Assembly (NCBI RefSeq): GCF_006345805.1 | Contig: NC_043002.1 | Coordinates: 83,514,001 to 83,578,000, forward strand | Direction: 5' to 3' | Source of the DNA: Octopus sinensis | Taxonomy: Eukaryota | Length of the DNA: 64,000 nucleotides | In this document: piece after piece, positions 38,801 to 51,300 of the stretch | Layout of the letters: every line of letters starts with the position of its first letter | Position numbering within the stretch: the stretch's first letter is position 1 | Program-made: the position numbers and the translations under genes | Notes under the pieces: generated by a model | Databases searched by the model: none | What the model saw: the letters and a program-made list of their open reading frames with translations, nothing else | Told to the model about the DNA's origin: nothing

Positions 38801-41800
38801 ATCTCTTCCCGCTTGAAAGGAATTGCTTTATCCCCCCCCCCCCCATAACTGTTTGGTTTCTTCCTCCTTCCCTGCCCCATTTAATTGTTTGATGTCATTC
38901 TCCACACAAACTACAATGCAAACGCAACCAAATGTCTGGTTGGTTTTTAATTAGTAAGATATATATATGTACACACACACACACATACACTATGATAGTT
39001 GCTGGTGTGCTGTTATTGCTAATTACGATGTTGGCTGTTTCTTTGTGTCCAAAGGTCATGAAGAAGAGTGGCACAGCCCCAAGTAAACAAACCCTTAATG
39101 TTGCAGGGCTTTTTCTTCTTCCCTGTACTTAGTAGTTTTAAAGTAAGCGTCAGTCTACGCAATCCAATCCCCACCCTTTGGACTAGGAGTTCTGACCACA
39201 GTGGCTTTGCAGGCTAAGATGGCAATGGTGACCAGCAAGTTATAGATTGTACCTTGGATTGGTCTTCTGTCATGTGAATTGCCTCATAGCGCCAGAGTGC
39301 TCCATGTTCCTTAAAGTTGTCAGAAGGGTATCAAAGAGGGCACCTGACCACCTGAGGGACTACACCTGTAAATGGTCAAAATTTATCGTAATAGTTAAAA
39401 ATACACTGTTATTCCTAAAGGTATACTGTAAATATTAATGGTGTGCTATAAATGGTAATGAGGTATTACAATTGCTAAAGGTATACAATAAATGATAAAT
39501 GTATGCTATAAAGATAACGGTATTGAGGTATGCTATAAATGCTAAAGGTATTCTGTAAATGGTAACGTTATGCTGTAATTGTTAAAGGTGTATTCTGAAA
39601 TTACTAGAGGTTTGCTATAAATGGTAAGACATTATGCTGTAATTATTAAAGGTATTCTGTAAATGGTAAAGTTATGCTGTAATTATTAAAGGTATATTCT
39701 GTAATTGCTAGAGCTATGCTGTAAAATGGTAAAGGTATGCTGTAAGTAGTAAAGGTATGCTGTAATTGTTAAAGGTATATACTGTAATTGCTAGAGAATG
39801 CTGTAAATGGTAAAGGTATGCTGTATTTGCTAAAGGTATATTCTGTAATTGCTATAGGTATACTGTAAATGTCAAAGGTATGCTGTAATTAATTGTGAAA
39901 GGTATAATCTGTAATTGCTAGAGAATGCTGTAAATAGTAAAGGTGTGCTGTAAATAGTAAAGGTATGCTGTCATTGGTAAAACTGAGTGAATTCTGAATT
40001 AATGGTCTCTGGTTTCTTTTTTTTTTTTTTGTTTTTTACTTTTTCTCTCTTCTAGCGACTATAACAGGGAACTTGTGTTTTTTGTAAAAAAGCTCTAGCA
40101 GAGCTCCAATTACTACTGCAAGAGGAAAATAGAGAAAGTAGATAATTTAAATATCTTACCCAAGCAGATGTTATCAACTGATCTAAATTTGTATTTCTCC
40201 AAATGGGAGCCGGTTAGTTGTAGTCTTTTTTTCATGTGCCTATTTGTTCAGCAATTCTACTAGATTCCTCTATTGATTTCTGTAAACTTGGAAATATAGC
40301 GTTATCCACGTATACTTACATTGAGAGAAAAGGAATACCTGAATTGCTAACTTTGTGGCATATGCATATATATATACATATATACATGCTTTTGCATCCA
40401 CCCATACAAAGATTCATACGAAAAGCTCTTTAATTCCAAGTTTCGGTATTTAAAAAGGTGCTAATATTCTAATTTACTTAGTGTCTGCTATTTATTTTAA
40501 TTTTGTATTGTATTATTATTATTATTATTATTATCCATCTGCTTGATTTTAGTTGATGTTTGCTTCAAATGTTCAGTTTTAATTGACCAGTATCTAAATA
40601 TGTTGATATTTTTGTGTCTTTCCAGTATTATGAATTAGATCGTATTTTTTTCACTAGATTTTTTTCATTTTACTTTCTTTACTTTCTTCTATAATGGCTT
40701 AGTCAGAAGAGAAATGGCCAGGACCATAGCCCTTTTTTTAGGACCTCCAGGGTTGGCGGGAAGAAGGGAGATAGTTATCATTCAACAGAGTGGGCTCCTC
40801 TAAAAGTAACCTTGCACCAAGTGGTGATGTTAACTTGGGAAACGGATTCTGTCATGCAAGAGCAAGAACCGTCCTTAAAATGGACTTCATCTTGGTTTTC
40901 ATCAACTAACTTTCACTCAAAAGACTTTTGTCAATCTGAGGCTATGAGAGAAAACACTTTGCTTGCAGTGTTACACATTAGGATTGAACCCTGAAACCAT
41001 TTAGTTGCAAAGCAAACCTCTTAACCATACAGCCATACCTATATCAATTATTCAGAAGTTAAATATTTCTTTGTTTTGAATATGTCATTTATAAATATAC
41101 TAAATTCCAGCTTTACTATTTTGTTATTTTCCCCAAAATATTATTCTAATATTCAAATACATACTATCTGAAGTCAGACATGTCTGTAAGAGCCAGAGAG
41201 GACCAGAACAATTACTGCAAAGTAATGTATTTGATGTTCTAAAACTCTGCCAATTAGCTGCCTTATAGATATGTTGTCTTACACCAAATCTTAAGATGAG
41301 AGCCTTTATTGAAAAAATAATTTTTCATCATCTGACTTTTAGATCTGATTGAATTACTACAGATCAAGCCAGCTTTATTCTCCCACAATATCTACCATAT
41401 ATTTTCCCAATTGTTCATAAAACTATTTTATATTGATTTCTAGCATTGGCACATGGCCAGATATTTTGAGGGTGAAGTGCATTGAACAGAACCTCAGTAT
41501 ATTACTGGTGCTTATTTTATTGACCCTAGTCTAATATGTTCACAATAATCTTGTAACATTTGTTTACAAAAATATGATTAAAGAGTTTGCTATACAAACA
41601 TGTGGTTTTAGATTTAATCTCAATCTGTGATACTTTTTGGCCAAGTGTGATCTAGCACAACCTTGGGTTGACTAATAAAATGTGAATGGAATTTGATTAT
41701 CTTTTGGAGAAGGATATAAGCATTGGCAAGTAAATCAAAAAGCTGATGCTTCATTGATAAAGTCTCCTGTGATGTTTGTTTTACACTGAGTTGCAGATAC

Positions 41801-41963
41801 TCATGCCATTCCTTGCCATGTCATACAGTGAAACACCGATTGGCCTGCTGGAAGCCTATAACAACATTATTCTTCATCATTTGCAATTATAAAATGCAAC
41901 TAAATAAACACAGATTGAATTATAAGAAATATTCTAAAACTTCCAGTAGGCTTTATATATATG

Positions 41964-42012
<49 letters not shown>

Positions 42013-42294
42013 GTCATACGATTTGTGTATATCTAAACACATAAGGAATCCACTTATAGGGATTCTACATGCTAGAAAGAACAGCTAAGTTCTATAACCA
42101 CAAAAATTTTATCCCCAATTTTTGTGGTTATAGAACCTAGCTGTTCTTTCTAGCGTGTAGAATCCTTATAAGTGGATTTCTTATGTGTTTAGGTATACAC
42201 TATATTGTATGACTAATATATAATCTTTTTGACTAAATTTTTTTACACGTTAGACCACTGGAAATGCAAATTTTAATTAATTTCCATTTCCCTT

Positions 42295-42341
<47 letters not shown>

Positions 42342-45300
42342 TACTTCATTATATATGTGTTTGTATTGTGCATACACATGTTCAGTAATTATATACAATC
42401 TTTAGTATAGATTATTACCAATTAATTTTCAGTAGATAGAGTTTTATAGCTTATGAATTTACTTATAGTTTGTTTTAATTTAATATTTTTTTCCACTTTT
42501 TTTTTTTTGATTCCATCAATAACACCATCAATCCATTTTGACAGTTTTGTAAAAAAAAAGAAATTTTTTCTTTACTTATTTCAGGTGCAAAATTTCATTG
42601 GACTACACTGGTGTGATTACTGTGCCAACTTTATGTGGGGACTAATTGCTCAAGGAGTTAAGTGCCAAGGTAAACAACTAGATCTGTTAATGTCCTTGTT
42701 TCTTGTCTGTTCATTTGTAAAGATTTTATTTCTCCTAAATATATGCTAGGAAGTTTAGAGTGTATCATTGTTTTGTTTAGAATATATTAACCCCTTTGTT
42801 ACCATTTTTATTTTATTTATGCGCCCTTTTCAAGCCTAGCCAGGCTCATGGGCCCAGTTTCCCCGGGTTTCTATGGCGTATGTGTTCCCCCCAGCTGGAC
42901 GGGATGCCAGTCCATCGTAGCGTTACTCAAGAAACTGGAAGAAAGAGTGAGAGAAAGTTGGGGCGAAAGAGTACAGCAGGGTTCGCCCTCCCCCCTCCCT
43001 GCCAGAGCCTCGTGAAGCTTGTAGGTGTTTTCACTCAATAAACACACACAACACCCGGTCTGGGAATTGAAACTGCGATCCTCCGAACACGAGTCTGCTG
43101 CCCTAACCACTGGGCCATTGCGCCTCCTTTTTGTTACCATATTTCTGTTGAAATATGTATTGTTTTACAACCTGGAAAGATCTTCATTAATTACACTAAT
43201 GTAACATATTCTTTTACCTTGTTGAGCCAGAAACCCTTTCAATATAAATTATTTCTGGTTACATCACATTGTAGGTGAGTTACAGATATTCTGATCATTA
43301 AATTGTTGGACTACTAGCCAAAGGGTTGCTGGTTCAGACCTCATTACTGGAAAATATCTGCCATCTCTATGTTCCAGATAGATGCTTAACTAAAACTAAG
43401 CTAGTCCATGCTGCTATACATGCTAGTCAGCATTATTCTGTTAATGTCTATGTTTCCATACTTGTATGGATTAGACGGTAACTTGGTTAAAGCAGATATT
43501 TCTACAGTTGGACACTCCTCTTGTTACCAACCCCTATATAAGGTAACATTTCCCTTAGTTTAATGAATAACAAACAGCTTGGACATACTTTGACCATGAC
43601 AAAGAAAGTTGTCATGGTGATACCTGCTCAGAAGCCTATGCAAGGTTGCAGCAGCTGTAGAAACGCTGCCAGATCAGACTGGGCCTGGCGCAGCCTTCGG
43701 GCTTCCCAGACCCCAGTTGAACCGTCCAACCTATGCTAGCATGGAAAACGGACGTTAAACGATGATGATGATGATGCAAACAATGTTTGTCATTATGTTT
43801 ACAATCATCACACATGTCAAGGCATGGCAGGTCATGCACAAATCTATATCCATCTGCTGTCTGTCTGTTTGTCTGTCTCTCATATGCATATATATGTATG
43901 TGTAAGGTGGTTGGTGTTAGGAAGGGCATCCAGCTTAAAAAAAAAAGCCCTGCCAAAACAGACAGTGAAGCCTCCCTATCAAACCTTCCAACTTATGCTA
44001 ACATTGTGAATGGATGTTAAATGACGATGATGATGATGATATATAAGTGTATATGTGTGTACACACAACAGGCTGCTTCTAGTCTCTTTCTATTGAATTC
44101 CTCTCAGGACATTAGATATAACAGAAGGTGCTTGCCTAAAGTGTTGCACTGTAGGAATGAATTCTAATGTTTGAAGTAGAACTTGTTTTTTTTTGAGAAT
44201 TGAAGAGAAGAGTGTTAGGCCCCTGAAATTCACATCTCACTTCATGATGCCCAAACTTATATTGTAAAATTCATTCCTTAATCTTTGTGTAAAGGTTAGG
44301 TGATGTACACAATAAGAACTTCATCATCATCATTCTAAAGCCCACTTTTCCATGTTTGCATGGGTCAAATAGAATCTTTTCAGGTGTGTTTTTAATGGCT
44401 GGATGCTTTTCCTGTTGCCAACTCTTACCTGTTTCCATGTAAAGAGATATTTCCCTATGACCAAAACGTGTTTGCAGGGAAGATTGGAAATAAAAGACAC
44501 CGCTTGCATGATGGTGACACTCTCTTACAATTACCACATGAAGTCAAGGCAGTGAGATGCTAATACACACACTCAATGTATACATGCATACACACACACA
44601 CACACACACACACAAAATGGGCTTCTTTCAGTTCCTGTCTCCCAAATCTGCTCATAAAGCTTTGGCTGACCCAGTACTATTATAGAAACCACAAAATGGG
44701 ACTGAACCCAAGTTATGTGCTTAAGAAACAAATTTCTTACCACGCAGCCATGCATACGCCTACAACACTGCATGGTTAACGTGTAATCCCCTAGCTTGCC
44801 GTGTTAATTCTTATTGGTCTGAAGAATTAAATAGGAACGCACAGTAGAGTTTTCTCCCCTGGATTTTACTTTACTTCTTCCTCAACAGATAATTTGAATT
44901 CTGTACTGCCTACTGTTGTACTGTAATGTTTTAAATGACGGCCGCAGCTGATGAATTAATCACCGATGTTGATTCTTACGTTGCAATTTGGGATCTTTTC
45001 GGTTTGAACGGCAGTTTTTAAAAATAATTTCCACGTAACTAAACTCTTTTAAACTTCGTATACTGGTAGAATGTGTTTATAAAACATCTTTTTCTTTTGG
45101 CTTTATTGAGAAAATTCTATAGTTTGTAAGATATTTGTTGTTGTTTTTTTCTGCAAATTCAACCAATCACTAACGTCTATTGAGGTAAAAAATATTCTGT
45201 GCCGTATGAATATGTCCCTCGTTTAAGAAACAGATTGGGTTTATTTACATTTCTGAAGGAAAAAAAAGATACCCTTCCCCCCTAACCCTAACCCTAAAAC

Positions 45301-48300
45301 AGATTGAAATGCAATAGATCGATACTAGGGTCATAATTATGTTTGACAATTTCATATGACACCACTAGAAAAAACTGCCGGTCAAACCGAAAAGATCCGG
45401 AATTTGAAATTTCTTCCATAATTTCTTGATGACTATTTATTTTTCAATACTTTACTACAATTTCGAATTTACATAGAATTATTGTTGGATTTGAGAAAAT
45501 GCCCTTCTTATCACTAATCACTTTATAGTGATCTGCCACCAACAATAGAGAAGTTGGTATGTCTCAGTTAAAGGAAAGAGTCTTCTCTGCCCCATGTTGT
45601 TTCTGTTTATTCTATTTTGGCAGGCATAGGTATAAGAGGGATGGGCCTTGCACTGGTAGCTAGAGACTATCTCCATGCTACAAGGTAAGAGAGTGGATGT
45701 TTAGCTCCCAAGGAAAGGGTGTTATGATGATGGAAGATTGTCTATGTTGGTAGGATGAATATTGGAGAGAAGGGCTAACAAGCTGATGTCTGCTGGATCC
45801 ATGTTTTTTTGTTTTTTTTTTTTGAAAATCAGTGCATGGTGCCTGAAAGGGTGTTTGTGAACCTAAGCAATAGGTTATAGAAATGGAACATCATATAGAA
45901 GTAAAATATGGACTTAGGGTCAATATCAGTTTGAAATAAAAATTATATATAATTTCTGTATCAGCTTATAGTTTTTTTGCTCATGAAATTTTATATATAT
46001 ATAAATTAAATTAGAGGTAAAACCACTATTAGGCAACTCAAACAGTGATAGACATTAACCAAAACATAAAAAACAAAAAAATAAATATAATTAATATAAT
46101 ATACAATATATATATAAAATTTAAAATTTGAATTTATATTTAAAAAATATAAAAATATAAACATTTATAAAAATAAATTTCAAAATTTCAAATTTTAATA
46201 ATTTAAATTTTAAATTTTATATTTTATATATATATTGTATATTATATTAATTATATTTATTTATTGTTTTTTTATGTTTTGGTTTATGTCTATCACTGTT
46301 TGAGTTGCCTAATAGTGGTTTTATCTCTAATTTAATTTATATTTATACTGTGAAATTTGATTTAATCCTAAATCTAATTTTTCCCTGTAAGTTTGGATAT
46401 ACTCCCTAATATTATATATATATATATATATAATCATTATTTTATCACTACTTTTTGCCGGTATACATTAGAAGATCACGTTTCTCCTGAAAGTTTCATT
46501 TTGGCTTGGTTTCTATGACCAGATGCCCTCTCTGTCGCTAGTCACTTACTAAAGTGTATTGAATGCACTTTTATCATGGCATTTGAGAAGTTAAAATGTG
46601 TTTACATTCATACATATCTACATATGCTTGTGTGTGTATGTATACACACACACATATGCAAACACATGCATATTGATATAAATCTGTTTTGACAGTTCAA
46701 CAATTTTGTAGTCTTTCTAGGAAGTATTTCTAACCTTTGGCTTAAAACAATTTATAAGCTATCAAGAAGGTATACAGCTTTAAGAATTAAAGAATTTTTA
46801 TTTCAACAAAGTTCAGTTTCAATGGTATGGTTATACAATTATTCCTGCTCCTTTTAATCCAGATGTTTTTATGTATATCATAGGAATTTTATGAGAAAAA
46901 ATCAAAGGAAAAAAATTAAATTTATTAGAAATAAACATGACAAATCCAATAATACAAAGTAAATATTTGAGGCTGTTGAAAAAGAAGAAAGTGGTATGAA
47001 TGCTTAAAACAATTTGTCCTTTGTCATACTAGATGAGTAGAAAACAAGAATTCTGGTCTTGATGGGAATATAAAAAAGATATTTGCATGATAACAAAATT
47101 GTATGGTGTTCCACTAGCTTTCTTTCTTTTTTTTTTTTTTTTGCTTCAGCAGAAGTGCTTTTCTTTTTATCTTTCTTGACAAAGGACAAATTGTCCAAAA
47201 CATTAAGATCTTTTTTTTTTTTTTCCTCATTGCTATACATTGACTTTGTACTGTTAATTCTTTGGAGGTTGAAAGTGATTTTATTCATAAAATTCTTCAA
47301 GACTACCATACTGGCACAAATTTAAACTCCTAGATTCTGCAGATACCAGATTGTTAATATATCACTGTCAGTACCCAGAATAAACCATCTGGTGTAGATT
47401 TGGCCATAAGTTGTAACAAAGTTATCTACTGCAATATGTCATCCCACATTGTTTCAGACACTTTGATCTTGAACTACTTTCTCTTGTATGTTTTTCCCTT
47501 TTCTAAGACATTTGGGTTTCATAGGAAGGAGATTTAGCTGCTGTTTCTAACATTAGCCTCATCACTTTGTAAATAATCTGATGTTGTTTAGCTTTTAGTC
47601 AATTCTGTGTGAGAAGGCCTATCATCAAAAGCATTCAAATGTGACCATTTCCTAAAACTATGTGAGATTTTGTAGTGTCTTACACAATTTACTTTATACA
47701 TTAATTGCCAAATCTATTTGCTGCTAGGTCGTTAGTCTTACTATTGACTCAGACATGTAGTGCTGTAACTGTGCCAAAGCTGATTCTACTTAGCTTGGTG
47801 AATGTCATGATCTTTTGGCTTTTAAACTTGTTTGTCTTCTCTTGGAGTGGGAAGGATGAGTTATAAACACCAAATCTTTTTGAAGGCAAGGCTAGAAAAT
47901 TAGTAAGCAGAGATCCACTCACAAGGTTTTGGTTGGCTCAGGGCTATTGTACAAGACACTTGCCCAAGGTACCACAAAATAAGACTGAGCCCAGAACCAT
48001 GTGTGCAGTATCTGTTTTAGTTGTTTGCATTTTTGACAGCAATGCTTACAATGATACTGGTCATTTGGATAAACATTAGTGGATGATGAGGAGAGACTTG
48101 CATGCATGGGCAACTGCCAACCCCCTTCCCTCAAAAAGTTTGTACTTTTTGTACATGCATTTGCTGATGAACAGTCAGCCCCTCTTCTCTAACAAGGGCA
48201 GGCAAGATATTGTAACCAGAGAAATTTGTCAGATCAAAGAGAAAGTGCATGCTACTAAACCACAGTACTACGAAACAGAAGCATATAGGCATCATGGGAA

Positions 48301-51300
48301 ATTACTGAGTAAAATAAGTTATCAGAGAATAGAACCAGTTGGGTTGAAATTCCTCCTGAGTTTAGTATTTGATGTGCTTCCATCTCCAATCAATGGTAAA
48401 CAGCAAGGCTGAAGTAACACTGGAAATTGTGTTTGGTGTGAAGGCTCTGCCTCATTGACAGTATATATTACACCTGTTCAAGAGCATGTCTGGATGTGTC
48501 TTGAATATCCTTGCTGATGCAGAAGAACAACTATGCATGCAACAGCATCAGTGCAGTCAGAACCAACATCAGGCTGCACCCTGTTGTTTTCCATGGGGGA
48601 ATGCATGAAAATGCAGAATGAGTAGGTATAGAGAATGCAAAACTCTGCCTCCTAAATGATGCTGTTGACTGAGAGGGGCATGTGGAGCTAGAAGAAATGC
48701 TCATCTTCTCATGCCATGTTGCAATAAACCAAGCAACGTCCTGTTCTTTCGTAAGAAAAGCCTTGTTCAGCTGGTGGTGCTTTAATAAAGCAATAGGTGA
48801 AATCGCTGTCTTCCACACATACAGGTATGTCCTTTCTGGTGCCAGTACCACTTAGAAAGCACCTGTGCCAGTGCTGTAATAATGTTCCCATGATACTGCT
48901 GCCGCTGCATAAACACATCCATGTTGGTGGCACATAAAAAGCATCCAGCACACTGTTGAGTGGTTGGTGTTAGGAAGGGCATCCGGCTGTTAAAACCATG
49001 CCTCAACAGATAACTGGAGTTTGGACAGCTCCGTGTCGAACTGTCAAACCCATGCCAGCATAGAAAGCAGTTGATGATGATGAAGGGAAGCACCTAGAGT
49101 ATGAAGGACTCAGGGAGTTGTGTAACACACAAAGATGGGAGTGTATGGTGCTTCCAGTGGAGGTGGAATATCTTTCTTGGTTGCCAATTAACTAAGGAAG
49201 GATAGCAGAACAGTGATTTGCAAACAGAAGGGAAAAAAAGCAGAGCAAGTAGTAAAACAAAATTGTGTTTGTTTAGTATGCTTATAGCTTTATTTGGTTT
49301 GATTACAGGGGAAATGGGAAAGAAACCATGCTAAAGTATAGGCCAAAATAACTGGGACACTTCGTGACAGATTCAAATTTGCTTAACATGAAAGGTGGAG
49401 TCAATACTGTCGCAAGTTACAAGGATCAAAAATCTTTGTGGTCGTCACACATGTATGCATATTTCAATCAGTACACACAATTAAAGAGGGCATGTTATAA
49501 GCTTGTGTCATGCTGTCATGAATGGTTTTAGGTGTCCATGAAGTTATGAGCAGCCTCAAGTACTCTCTCAGACATTCTGCTACACTCAATCCAGTAGAAC
49601 ATCCAGAATGGGAAGAGAGGGCAGGGAGAAAGGGCTGCACCAGAATGAGGCTGGTACTTTATTTACCAACCCCAAAAGGATCAAAGCTGACCGTGTTAGG
49701 TTCTGAACTCAGTTCACACACAACCAAAGTACATATTGCATCACATTCTATCTGCTGTCCTTATGACTCTGTCAGCCAGCCACTTAATATATATCACATG
49801 TGTAAGGGCAGCATGGTTGAATTGAGAAGTTGCTTCATGATCATAATATCCCATGTTCAATCCTGCTGCATGGTATCTTGAGCAAATGTCATTTTCTATA
49901 GCCTTGAAGGTGAAATCAGGTTGACAGAAACTGTATAGATGTCAGTCAAGTGGATTTTACCTGTAATTTACAAGGTACATCCATGTCATGCATCATGTTA
50001 TATGAATTCTGCCTGATAATTATGTTAAGAGTACATATATTTTTAGACTGCTTAACCACTTGTACATTATTACAGTAGCAGGTAATTCAGTTGATCAAAC
50101 AATTAAATCCTCATTGCTTAGCAACAAATCTGCTGCCATACTGTATGTGTGTGTGTAAATGTCTCTCTCTCTCTTCCATGTATGTGTGTGTGTGTGTTTA
50201 TAAAATAGTTGACTGAAAATGAAGACACTGGTTAATCACAAGTTTTCCTCCCACCCTTAGTAATCAGATAAAAAGCTTAACCCTTTAGCTTTCGGTTGTC
50301 ACTGTCGAATGTAATGCTTATCTATTCATACTGGAACCTGGTGCAGCTCCCCAGCTTACCAGTTCTCAGTCTAACTGTCCAACCCATGCCAGCATGGAAA
50401 ACAGACGTTAAATGATGATGATGATGATGATTGATTTGCATTAGACATACATTACCTTGTAGCTTAGAGATTTCAATGATGTGATTGCTTCTTTTCAGAA
50501 TGACTACGTAGGGTAGGTATAATATATTTATTGGCGGCGAGCTGGCAGAAACGTTAGCACGCCGGGCGAAATGCTTTACGGTATTTCGTCTGCGTTACGT
50601 TGTGAGTTCAAATTCCGCCGAGGTCGACTTTGCCTTTCATCCTTTCGGGGTTGATAAATTAAGTACCAGTTACGCACTGGGGTCGATATAATACCTATGT
50701 CTGTCCTTGTTTGTCCCCTCTGTGTTTAGCCCCTTGTGGGTAATAAAGAAATACGTATAATAGGCCAGATATGGTCAGTTTGAAGATAAAACAGGTAGAT
50801 TATTTTGGTTGGATATGGCCGGTTTAAATGCTAAAGGGTCAAGCTAATTACTTTATGTTTAATTGCTTATCAAAGTTCAGTTACTCAATTCTGTCCACAA
50901 CAATATAATGGCTTATAGTTGTATATAATATATGCGTGGAGGCGCAATGACCCAGTGGTTAGGGCAGTGGACTCACAGTCGTAGGATCGCGGTTTTGATT
51001 CCCAGACCGAGCGTTGTGTGTGTTTATTGAGCGAAAGCACCGAAAAGCTCCACAAGGCTCTGGCAGGGGGTGGTGATCTCTTTCTCTCTTTCTTCTGTTG
51101 GCCTGCTCACTTAGCCAGCGGGGTGGTGTCGTTCGAAGGCTAAAACCATGCGAACGCATTGTGACCAGCGATGTGTAGCAACATCTGATGGTCTGGTCGG
51201 TCATGTGATCACGCGATAATATATGCACACACAGACAGAACCCCATTGGCCTGCTCTAATTTGCATAATAGTGCAAGTGTTGGCAACATGTCTACAATTT

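Noticed and set aside
44815-44985. Hammerhead cores CTGAAGA (44818) and CTGATGA (44948)
   Set aside because: No correctly spaced GAAA with pairing stems.
50938-51010. tRNA gene
   Set aside because: It is the tRNA-derived head of a SINE; it continues into a repeat body and has diverged copies elsewhere in the window.
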